A stretch of 64,000 nucleotides of DNA, taken from positions 806,001 through 870,000 of the forward strand of contig NEEC01000004.1 of assembly GCA_002189035.1 (NCBI GenBank), in the 5' to 3' direction. The position numbers and the translations under genes were made by a program. Below the pieces are notes generated by a model that saw nothing but the letters and a program-made list of their open reading frames with translations, made no database searches and was not told where the DNA came from. The DNA comes from Utricularia gibba. Taxonomy: Eukaryota > Plantae > Magnoliophyta. Shown here in pieces: positions 12,821 to 24,800 of this stretch. Position 1 is the stretch's first letter; the number at the start of each line of letters is the position of its first letter.

Positions 12821-13401
12821 TCAGTAGGCAGGAATGGAGGCAAAGCGGTATCCGGCGGCGCCCCTCCAGGAGTAGTAGGCAATCCGTGTCTCGTAAAAAC
12901 CTGCACCCATTTCACAACAGATGATTCCAGTTCCTGCATCGAATGAATGAATACAGGCACGAAGCATCTCGGTGATGGCAGGGAGCACAGTAAATCAAAC
13001 AAGAACATGCCGGCCAAAAGAATTCGGATTGCAGAACCATTACCATTATCAGGAGAAACAAAAAACAAGGCTCAGGGCAAGTGATCAACTGTTGCGTAAT
13101 TCAAAATAGAAGACAGCAGGGAAGATAACAACGTGCCTGGTATGAAAGTAAGGAGTCCGAGCCCCAAGAGGCCATACGCTTGAGAGCGATCTCCTTGCAT
13201 GTGACCAGTTAAGATAAAAAGCGCAAGCAAAAGAAGCAGGCACCCCAGTACGAGCAAAAAGATAGCCAGAGCTATCGACTTCCAAGGCACCTTATCATAA
13301 ATTTTAGGGGTGTAATCAAATCTAGGGTCATATCGGTTTCCTCTATCATCATCCTCATCCGGCGGGAGAGGCGTATACCGCACATTTCTTCTAGACGCCA
13401 T
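12821..13401 (-). CDS. Small two-TM membrane protein, TMEM230/TMEM134 (DUF872) family
   Basis: Exon 1 13137-13401 (PWKSIALAIFLLVLG...LTFIPG) and exon 2 12821-12900 (FYETRIAYYSWRGAAGYRFASIPAY*). Joined by a GC-AG intron. Confidence 0.85.
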
Positions 13402-13912
13402 ACGAGAGGATCTTCACGAAGACCAAACAAAAGGAATAGACAAAAAAACGAACAACCACCGGAGTAATCGGCCGCGAATTTGATACCGGAAACAAAATTC
13501 GACAGAGCTGTGATGCCTTCTGATTCCACACGAAAATCCAGCTCTTAACGGCTTCAAACAGGTATGTCCGAATTGATTCGAGATATCGAACCCGGGTCGG
13601 GTCTGGAGCCCCGTCCGCCGCTGTCAGAATTTAGGCTATGTAACGGATTTTATCCCTTATTCTTTTATTTTGATTGCATAATTCTTTTAGAAGTTTTATA
13701 TGGCTTCGATCTATCCTAAAATCAGATATTCTCGAAACTTCTTCAAAATTTTGAATATTTCCTTTGAACTCACAAAACCTTTACCCCTCTCTCCAAGACA
13801 CCCTGATGCAGGGTTGCCAAAGTATATATACATCCAAGTATAGTGGAACCAAATTCCATGTGATGGTTTCCACTGCGAGGGGCTGGTAAGCAGGTAAAAG
13901 GCCAGGCGCTGC

Positions 13913-16900
13913 TCAACTCGTCTGGGACAAGGCTTCCTGGTTTTCAGGAGAAGCATCTGATGCACGTACCAATCTTTTGAAGACGAGTTTTTGCTGGGGA
14001 AGCTGACCGTTGGAGAAAGCGGTGACTTCAGTGTCCACCAACACAGTGTCCTCATCTTTGAAATCTCCTCTGAGTATCCCCTTGGCAAGCTGGTTCTCAA
14101 CATGTTGCTGGATCACCCGCTTCACCGGCCGAGCCCCGTAGTTTGGATCGTACCCGAGATTCCCAAGAAGTTGGATTGCAGCTTCACTCACCTCGATCCT
14201 CATCTTCCGATCAGCTATTCTCTTGCGTATGCGCTCCAACTGCATGGAGAGTTCAACATGTCATCTGATGAAAGACTCAAAATGGGTTAAATAGGGTGTT
14301 TGTTGTGTTACTCACCTGTAACTTGACGATGCTACTGATCTGATCACGATCAAGGGGTTGGAAGACTATGTATTCGTCGACCCGATTCATGAATTCAGGA
14401 CGGAATACTGACCTTGCAGCCTCCATCACTCTGCGCTTTATAGTTTCATAAACCGTCTCCTTAGCTGGTGCTTCGTTGTCTTCTGAGGTGCTGCTGCTGA
14501 GTATGTACTGGGAGCCAACATTGGATGTCATAATGATTACTGTGTTCGTGAAGCTCACAGTGCGCCCCTGTGAGTCAGTTACCCTGCCATCATCCAGGAT
14601 TTGAAGGAACACATTGAACACATCAGCATGAGCCTTCTCAATCTCATCAAACAGTATTATTGCATATGGCCTCCGTCGAACCGTCTCTGTCAATTGGCCC
14701 CCTTCTTCGTAGCCCACATAACCTGGAGGAGCTCCTATCAAACGGGAAACAGCATGCTTCTCCATGTACTCACTCATGTCAATTCTTACTAGAGCTTCTT
14801 CAGTGTTAAACAAGTAGGAAGCAAGCGCCTTGGCAAGCTCTGTCTTACCAACCCCAGTAGGACCCATGAACATAAAGCTAGCAATGGGGCGGTGAGGATC
14901 TGAAAGACCGGCACGTGACCGCTGTATAGCCTCTGCTACTGCTCGGACTGCGGGGTCCTGACCGATAACACGCCTGTGAAGCTCCTCTTCCAAATGCAGA
15001 AGCTTCTCTCTCTCTGTCTGTTGCAGTTTTGAAACTGGTATTCCAGTCCATTTGCTCACAATTTCAGCAATATCACTCCCACTAACTTCTTCTCTAAGCA
15101 TTGATTTCCCAGACCTCATATACTCGTCTAGTTCCTTCTCTGCCTGATCAAGCTGCCGCTGAAGGGAATTCAAGCTTCCATATTTGAGTTCTGCTGCACG
15201 ATTGAGATCATAGACTCGCTCAGCCTGCTGGATCTCCAGATTCACTCTATCAATCTGTCGCAGAATTTTGCAATAAATCTCTTCATCTGGGAACATATAA
15301 TTTCCATTAAATACAAGAATTCAAAAATTAGGTATATACCTCCTCTTTAATAGATTGCAAGCTGGTCATGACAGCTTTTTCATGTTCCCATTGCTCAGTT
15401 AATTCAGCCTGTCTCTGCTTCAAGAGAGATAGCTCCGTCTCAAGGCGATTCAGCCTATCTTTAGATGCTTTATCAGAATCATTTGTCAGAGAAAGTCTTT
15501 CCATTTCAAGTTTAATGACAGCACGATTGATTTCGTCAAGTGCTGTAGGCTTTGACGTTATCTCCATCTTCAACTTCGCAGCAGCTTCATCTACCAGGTC
15601 AATGGCTGCAGTAAAAAAAAACTGGTCAGCAGCTTCTAGGGCCAAACACATTTCACTGCAACTAAAGCATAAATCATAGGGGCTAGTTTCAACGTGTCAA
15701 ATTTGATATTGATGACAAGAGCTCGTCGGAAAGTAAATCCTAGCCGCAATAATCCCCATGTGATAAAAAAAAATTAGCAAGTTCACATCAAGCAGGAGAT
15801 CCTTACCTTTGTCAGGAAGAAAACGACCACTGATATATCTATCAGATAAAATGGCAGCATCAACAAGTGCATTGTCCGAGATGCGAACACCATGATGTAG
15901 CTCATATCTTTCACGAAGCCCACGAAGTATGGATATGGTGTCTTCCACCGTAGGCTGGTCAACATAGACCTGCTGGAACCGTCGTTCCAAAGCAGGGTCT
16001 TTCTCAATGTACTTACGGTACTCATCTAAGGTTGTTGCCCCAATGCAGCGGAGTTCTCCACGACCAAGCATGGGTTTCAACAGGTTTCCAGCATCCATTG
16101 CACCATTTGTAGCACCTGTAATATAAAAGATCATTATCCTTTGATCTGCAAATAAAATGGCTGAACAACAGTAACTACCTGCACCAACAACCGTATGGAT
16201 CTCATCAATGAAAAGAATTATCTCGCCATCTGAGTCAGTCACCTCCTTGAGAACAGCTTTAAGCCTGTCTTCAAATTCCCCACGGTATTTAGCACCGGCA
16301 ATTAGTGCTCCCATATCAAGAGATATCAACTGCATCATAGAAAAAAACGCTAATGTTTACTCAAGCTGAGCTGCTAATATCACAAGCAATTTACTCACTC
16401 TGCGGTTCATCAAGGCCTGAGGAACATCTCCTTGTACAATTCTTTGTGCAAGCCTGCCCATTCATCAAATAGTTACAACCATAGCAACACAATATTTTGT
16501 TGTTGATCCCAATCATAAAAATGTTCGTGGATTCATTTTGTGATTAAAATGTATTTCCTCGTGTACAGCAGCACTGAGACATTACCCTTCAGAAATCGCT
16601 GTTTTTCCTACACCAGGCTCGCCAATCAAAACAGGATTATTCTTGGTTCTCCTTGAAAGTATTTGTATACATCTACGAATTTCATCATCTCTTCCAATAA
16701 CAGGATCTAACTTTCCTGCTCTTGCCATAGCTGTCAAATCTTTTCCATATTTCTCTAGAGCTTCATACTTTCCTTCTGGATCTGTGGAAAATGATAAAAC
16801 AAGATATTTCACATACTCATCGTCTAAGAAAACACAAATCCAGCATACCCTATTTTTACGTGCACAGCAATATTCGGTCCAATATTCTGAGGATTTTTTT

Positions 16901-18067
16901 TGAAACCAACGAAACACTGATATTTTTTACTTCGTTATTACTGAAAAGTGAAAATCCTTTTTAAAACTAACTTTGGTCAAAGGAAAAACAAGTGAAAAGT
17001 GTAAATCCTTGAATAGCATCCTTCAGTTTTTTAAAGCAAAAATAAGTGAAGGACAAAAGTAACCTTGGTCAGTAACTGTTTGGTTTCCCCTTATACTCTG
17101 AACAGCATCCTTTAGTTTTTGCAAGGAAAGTTGAAAATCCTTGAACAGCTGCTTTCCAAAACGGTTATCTTGAACGAAACCAAGAACAAGATGCTCCACA
17201 GAGACATATGAATCACCAAATTCCTTTTTGTAATCTCTGGCACGTTGTATTAAGCCATCTAGATCACGCCCCAACATGGTTCCCGCTGAGTCACCAACAA
17301 CCTGGTATGTTTCATGTAAGATATAAAAAAATACCACCCATTTCCAACGAACACCATCAAATAAACCGAAATTTATTGAGGGTATGCAGCCGGAGTTCAA
17401 AATGAGGAAAGCGAATGAACGCATGATCATATTTCTCGTCCTGGTCAGATTCTTAAAACAACCTTGCGACAGATGAAAAAAGAAACACTTTGGAAGGGGT
17501 AAAAAGCAGTGCATGGGACAACCTTTGGCTGGCGTTGGATGTACTTATCCGTAGCCTCAAGAAGCCGAGTATTATCCACGCCCGCCTTAGAAAATATACG
17601 ACGAGCAAGTCCATTCTTCTGCTCCAAAAGGGCTTTCATCAAATGTTCCGTCTCAACTATTTGATTCTTATTCTCCTTCGCCACTTCCGGCGACAAGACG
17701 ATCGCCTGCCATGCCATTTCCGTAAAATCCGCCTGTGTTATCTGGAATAATGAAAAAAGAAAGGTTAGCTCTTTGATAGCTGACATTAAACTTACTCTAC
17801 CACTCGAAATGGCGGTGCACTTACTCTACCACTCGAAGATGCATCACAACTAACAGTAAACGATCTGTTAATCATAGAATTGTTCGATTTCCTAGAAACA
17901 CCCAACTCTTTTCGCCCAAGTCTAGATACACCGAAATTCTTTATGATTCTTGTAGTCCCTGAAAAGTGAAGACTCGACGGTGACCGAGCGAACATGGCGG
18001 CTCTACCGGAAGATCCCACAGGAAGCGCATTGAGTGTAACCGCCGCTGAGAGCGCCGTCGACGCCAT
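13913..18067 (-). CDS. CLPB3: Chaperone ClpB/HSP100, chloroplastic type
   Basis: Transit-peptide-like N-terminus, two AAA+ modules ([31 protein letters not shown]) and a coiled-coil middle domain. 10 GT-AG exons in consistent phase. Confidence 0.95.
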
Positions 18068-18237
18068 TCAGACTTACTTCACGGAACTGGAAAATTGAAC
18101 GAAAAAAACTCCTCGAATCGCTACGAAACTTGCAGGAGCGGGAGCCGATTCCTCTGGGAGATTCCAGTGCATTTTGCGTACAAAAAGAGCCAACGATATC
18201 GTTCGAGCAGGCCTCGGTACACAAACTCGTGGACACG

Positions 18238-18360
18238 TGGGCCAAAAATGAAGACTCCCGTTTTATTATTATTTTATTTTCATGGGCCAACCACCATTGG
18301 GCCCAAATTTTTGGGCCTAAAATTGGGTTGTGTTGATTGTAGATCTATAAGCTGGGGCCC
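18238..18360. promoter_or_regulatory. Cluster of site II (TGGGCY/GGCCCA) motifs in the divergent ClpB3/FRY intergenic region
   Basis: Several tgggcc/gggccc words within ~120 bp between head-to-head genes. Site II motifs are established TCP-binding promoter elements. Confidence 0.5.
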
Positions 18361-18830
18361 AAAGTTTAGTAATCTCACCCCCACTAAAGTTGCCCCCTGG
18401 GTGACCCGCATCTTCATTTGACAGCCTAATGACAGCGGACAGTGCAATAGAACAATCGAAAATCCATGGCGACAGTGAGCTGATGGCAGAATTAGCGGAA
18501 GACGACGACAAGGAATTGCTGAGCTTTGCTTTGAGGCCTGAACATCGATCTATTTCTCTCCTATTCGGACTTCGCCCCTTCGGATTTCGATCAATTCGTG
18601 CTGATTCGTTTCATGGAGTACTTTTTACGTTGTGTTATAGAAGCTGATGCCACTGGTGACTTATTCATTGGACGGCATTGTATTGTCGTTTGAATGAATC
18701 TGTTGTTTCGTTATCGAAGATTTATTCTTCAATTGGGATCTCATTCAGGGGGTGAAGCTCTGGGCCTTCTGTGGAATCCTGGAGTTGTTTATCTTTCTCT
18801 TTGTCTTTTTGTTTTTGAGTTTTGGGATAA

Positions 18831-21800
18831 ATGAAGGCAGGGAGTGCAGCTAAGCTTATTGTCGATGCGCTGCTGCAGCGGTTCCTGCCTCTTGCCAGGC
18901 GTCGTATTGAAACTGCTCAAGTTCAAGTAAGTATTCGTGTAATGATATGAAATTTTAATTTTCATGGTGCCGTACACTTGCATTCTTTGACCTAGTAGTG
19001 GGTAATTAGATCATTCTAACTCAGGGAACTCTGTTGTCTTATACGTAATTCCTCTCTATAGGGTACTGCCTGGCATGATTTCATTAGTATTTCTTAGACG
19101 GAAAGATGAATTAATGAGCTATCTTTTTACATTAGCTTTAGTTTCAGCACCACCAAGTTGAAAAATGAAAGATAATGTCAGCTCATTTTCGTTAATATGG
19201 ATGGGTTAATACATGCTTGAATGAGGTGTTTTTATCTGATCAAGTAATTAACTGCTGTCATCTAAAAGTGCAATTATCTTTTATGTTATTCACTATAGGA
19301 TGGCCAGTACCTTCGACCGTCAGACCCAGCTTATGAGCAAGTACTAGATTCTTTAGCAATGGTGGCCCGGCATACACCAGTGCCATTACTTGAAGCTCTT
19401 TTAAGATGGAGAGAAAGGTTTCTTGTGTTTCATCTGAATAAAATCTTAGTAATCCGCTTTGGTTGGCCAAATTGATCCACAAATTTGCAGAGTTATATTT
19501 CCATTTATTTTCCTAAAGAATTTTTTTTTTTTTTTTACTGCAGTGAATCACCAAAAGGTGCTAATGATGCGTCTACATTTCAAAGAAAGGTTTGTCTCCT
19601 AATAGCTGTTTTCTCGTGAAAGTTCAGATGGATATTCATCTGGTAATTTATGAACTTTCTGCATTATGTTACAGCTTGCAGTCGAATGTATTTTCTGCTC
19701 GGCATGCATTCGCTTTGTTGAGTGTTGTCCTCAAGAAGGGCTTACAGGTTAAACCTGTGGTTACTTTTCCATAGCCACCACCAGCTAACCCCATTTTGAA
19801 TTTCCGTAGATTTTTATAATCTTTGGCTGGCAGCTATGCTATTGATTGGTTTTGATTTTTGTTTGGGCACTCTACATGCAGAAAAGCTATGGAATGGGCT
19901 TGAAAATTTTGTCTTTGACTGGTTAATCAACGCAGATAGGTAATGTTAGTTTTTTTGGCTTCGTCGTCAATTTTGTAAGTTCAATTGAAAGATATGCTAA
20001 CCATTAAACAGCTAAGGAACGTAGTCACCGTCTGATGATTCACATGTATAACTTTATGATTTCAATTTGCGCATTCCCAAATTTCCAAGATGTGATGGAC
20101 ACATTGATAATGCTGTTGCTGTCATTTATCTCTTGCAAATTACTATCCAGTAGGATCAATTCTTCAATCCTTCTTTACTTGAGTAATATCCATGGATTTT
20201 TAAACCCGTACCTGGTTGTCATTAAATTATTGTAACGTATTTTAGTATGAGCTGGAGTGATATCACATGCATCGATTACACCCATTGATGTGGTTATCTA
20301 TTTTCTTTCTTTTTCTTTTATGATGATCGCATGAAACTTTTATTTTGAACTACAGGGTTGTTAGTCAAGTTGAATATCCCTCCCTCATTGACTTGAGAGG
20401 GCTTCTGCTGGACCTTGTTGCACAGCTTCTCGGTGCCTTATCACGTATCAGGCAAGAAATAATTCTTCCATCATGGAAACAGCTAATTCTTTTCTTTGAT
20501 TTGTTTAAGGTTTGAGCCATGTTGTTATTTAATATAGCTTATTACTAAGCAATGCGTTTCAGTTACTTCAAATTTGGTGGTCCTTTTTCTAATGTTGTAG
20601 ATTGTGAATACTTATGAGAAACCTGTAGAATTCAGTTGATGTTATATGGTGACATGCCCAGTACCTTTTATTTCTGTTTCCTGATTAGCTTAAAAGGACC
20701 CATGTTGACAAGTTTGTCTATATTCTGTTAAGCGTCGAGTCATGTTTAACTGATGTTTCCCCACGTTTTGCTCCACAGATTCAGTTCAGTGACTGAACGC
20801 TTTTTTATGGAACTGAATACTCGTCGCATTGATACGAGCTCAGCTCGTGGTGAAACACTAAGCATTATAAATGGGATGCGCTACCTTAAGCTGGGGGTAT
20901 GCAAATTGGAGCAATTGATTGTATTTCTGCAGAGGCACTTATGAAGTAATATATTTTTCAGGTTAAGACAGAGGCTGGTCTGAATGCATCAGCATCCTTT
21001 GTTGCAAAGGCCAACCCCCTAATTCGTACTCCTCACAAGAGAAAAAGCGAACTATACCATGCACTCTGTAACATGCTCTCTAGCATACTGGCACCACTTG
21101 CGGACACTGGAAAGGATCATTGGCCTCCCTCTAGTGTTGAGCCAGCCCTATCCTTCTGGTATGAAGCTGTTGCACGAATAAGGATGCAGTTAATGCATTG
21201 GATGGAAAAGCAAAATAAGCATATAGCTGTAAGCTCCTTTATTGCCACTTGCAAGGGAGTTTGTCCTTTAATTTGTAACCCTGGTGTTTGCTTTATACAG
21301 TGTGGGTTTTATGCTTGGCATTACACGTGAAGTTTTTCTTTTATTTTTTTGTTTTGAGTTTTTGTTTCTCATTAGAAAAGGGGAATGGTCAGTATTCAAA
21401 TCATGCCACATAGTCTTCTCCTTCATTGAAACCTTACTAGATTTATAAAATTTTAGGAAAGTTAGATCCTGGAATTTTATGTTTGGTTAGAGAGCGCATG
21501 ATGATATAAATTTGTTTTTCATTTGCTCTAGGTTGGTTATCCTTTAGTGACTTTACTCTTGTGTCTGGGCGACCCCATTACGTTCCTCAATAGTTTTGGT
21601 CAGCACATGGAACAATTATACAAGCATCTTAGAGTAAGTTTTCAATGTATCGTGCACTCGTTTTAGTCATTTTTTTATAATTTGGGTGTCATCATTAAAG
21701 GTTTTTTAACTTCACTTTGTTTCCAGGATAAGAATAACCGCTTCATGGCATTAGACTGCTTACATCGCGTTCTAAGGTTTTACTTGAGTGTCCATGGGGA

Positions 21801-24800
21801 GGCACAACCTCACAATCGTGTGTGGGATTATCTGGACAGTGTCACCGCACAACTTCTTAATATCCTTAGGAAAGGAATGCTAACTCAAGATGTCCAACAT
21901 GACAAGCTGGTTGAGTTTTGTGTTACTATTGCTGAGCATAATCTTGAGTTTGCTCTGAACCACATGATACTTGAGTTGTTAAAGCAGGATAGTCCAGAAG
22001 CGAAAGTTATTGGGCTTCGTGCATTGCTTGCCATTGTCATGTCTCCAACTAGCCAGCATGTGGGCTTGGAAATTCTTCATGGTTATTCTAAGTTCACTAT
22101 AATTTTTCTTTACATTCAGTATTGTATATATCCTTAACTACTTAATTATATTCCTATTTGCAGCTCATAATATTGGACATTATATTCCAAAGGTTAAGGT
22201 TGCAATTCAAGTTATTCTGAGATCGTGTCATAAAACATATAGCCAAGCCCTTCTTACGTCATCAAGGACTACTATAGGTATATTCATAGAAGTGTTGCTG
22301 TTACATATGTATGCATTTTATACAAGAATTAGCCAATGCCATAGATGTGATCATAGCATGCTTAAAATGAAAGTTGTCAAAATGTGCACAAGTTATGCTG
22401 GCAGAATGAACCATAATTTTTTTCCTGAAGATATCCTCCTATACATATTAATTTTCATTTTTATCTTTATTGTTTTGAGAAATGTTTTAAATTATTATTT
22501 TATGTAGATGCTGTTACAAAGGAAAAGTCACAAGGGAATCTGTTTCGCTCAGTGCTTAAGTGTATACCCTATCTTATTGAAGAAGTTGATCGAAGTGATA
22601 AAATCACTGAAATAATTCCTCAGCATGGCATTAGCATTGATCCTGGTGTTCGGGAAGAAGCTGTGCAAGTCCTTAATAGGATCGTGAAATATCTTCCTCA
22701 TCGGCGCTTTGCAGTCATGAAAGGAATGGCAAATTTTGTTCTACATCTCCCAGATGAGTTCCCTCTTCTCATTCAAACTTCATTGGGACGCCTTCTAGAT
22801 CTCATGCGCTTCTGGAGAGGATGTCTATCTGATGAGAAGATGCAACATAGTGCTAGTGATTTGAAGCATTTACAGAGAAAGGATGGATTGAAAAGGGCAT
22901 CATATAACCAGCCTCATGAAGTAATTGAGTTTCATGCTTCAGAAATAGATGCAGTTGGTCTTATATTCTTGAGTTCAGTTGATAGTCAGATTAGGCATAC
23001 TGCCTTGGAACTACTTCGTTGTATTCGTGCTTTATGGCATGACATACGCGAAATTTCCATGCAAGACCTTAAAGATCATTCGTTAACATTTGATGCAGAA
23101 CCGTTATTCATAATTGATGTGCTGGAAGAGAATGGGGTAACGGATTCTGACTGTGTTGTAGCTATTATGCACATTTACATTATTCTTCTTTTTTCACATT
23201 AAGTTATGTGTTAATTTTATTATTTTACCAGGATGATATTGTGCGGAGCTGTTATTGGGATTTTGGCCGCCTTTTTGATATGAAGCGAGAATCTGATACC
23301 TTACCACCTGATGTTACTCTCCAATCTATACTATTCGAGAGCCCAGACAAGAATAGATGGGCACGATGTCTAAGTGAGATTGTAAAGTATGCTGCTGAGT
23401 TATGTCCGAACTCCGTTCAGCAAGCGAAGTAAGAAAAACTATCTATATTAAGAATCTTGCCAGTAGATATGCTAGAAATACCAATTCTTTAGCTGCATAA
23501 TGAGTCTTTTAGCAAGTGCACGTGAATTATCTCAGAAATGTAATGTTTCCAATAGTACTGTATGGCTGTTGTTTAGTGTGGGCTATTGTTCTAAATAAAA
23601 ATGCGAATTAGCATTAACAAGGATGAGCAAGTTCTCAATTCCTTCTCAGATGCGAACATTCTGCATTTTTTGTGATACAGTCTTAAAGTTCATATAATTG
23701 CAGGCTAGAGGTTATCCAGCGCATGTCTCATATTACACCTTCTGAGTTGGGTGGAAAAGCAAATCTGTCACAAGATACTGATGGTAAGCTGGATCAATGG
23801 CTCATGTATGCGATGTTCGCCTGTTCATGCCCCCTGATAGGCGAGAAGGTGGGGGTTCTGCAGCAGCAAAGGAACTATTCCATCTGATTTTCCCTTCCCT
23901 CAAGTCTGGATCTGAATCCCAAGTAGTAAGTTCCTGCTCAACAAGTTTCTTGTACTCTTGAGGTTTGAATTTTGAGTGTCTGTCCATTACTTCAAGCACT
24001 GGGTATGATTCATATAATAGAAAAATTTAGAGGTCCTACTGTTTTTTTTTTCCTCTTTTCGTGCATCCACACATAGGAACTATATAAGGTTCACAAATGA
24101 TTTGAAGTTCTGCATTGACTTTATAGAAGGAATGCAATGTCTAATCTCCATTTCCTCTGCTGCAGCATGCAGCCACCATGGCACTTGGTCACTCACATCT
24201 GGATATATGTGAAGTTATGTTCAGTGAACTTGCATCATTCATGGATGAGGTTTCGCTGGAAACTGAGGGAAAACCAAAATGGAAGGTATAATTTATGATA
24301 AATTAACTACAGAAATTGCTGGCCATGTCTGTCTTAATGTGCATCCGTTTGACGTGGGGCGTCTGGAAGTAATCCAACTGACTGAGTTCTGTAAATGGAA
24401 TCGTAAATTGTTTCTCCTGTTGACAACCTGGAAGTGTGCACTACTCTAGTTACTAATTTTTTAGTCTGATTGTGGAGCGACTATAAAGCTCTGGAATGAC
24501 ATCCATAGTCTCTCAAATGCTTCAGTCCATATTTGTCTTAATCTTTTGGATTTCACTGATTTTTTATTGCATTATTCTGGCTGCAGACTCAAAGATCACG
24601 CCGTGAAGAACTCAGAGTCCATATTGCAAATATCTATCGCACTGTTGCTGAAAAAATATGGCCTGGAATGCTAGTCCGTAAGACAGTTTTCCGCCTTCAT
24701 TACCTGAAGTTCATTGATGAAACACAAAGGCAGATTGCATCAGCAACTGCAGAGAGCTTTCAAGATGTGCAGCATCTCCGATATGCTCTTGCTACTGTTC

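Noticed and set aside
23830-23834. Programmed ribosomal frameshifting or pseudogenisation of FRY and the other frameshifted genes
   Set aside because: No slippery heptamer or stimulatory structure, and no other decay. Uniform -1 homopolymer indels are better explained as consensus errors.
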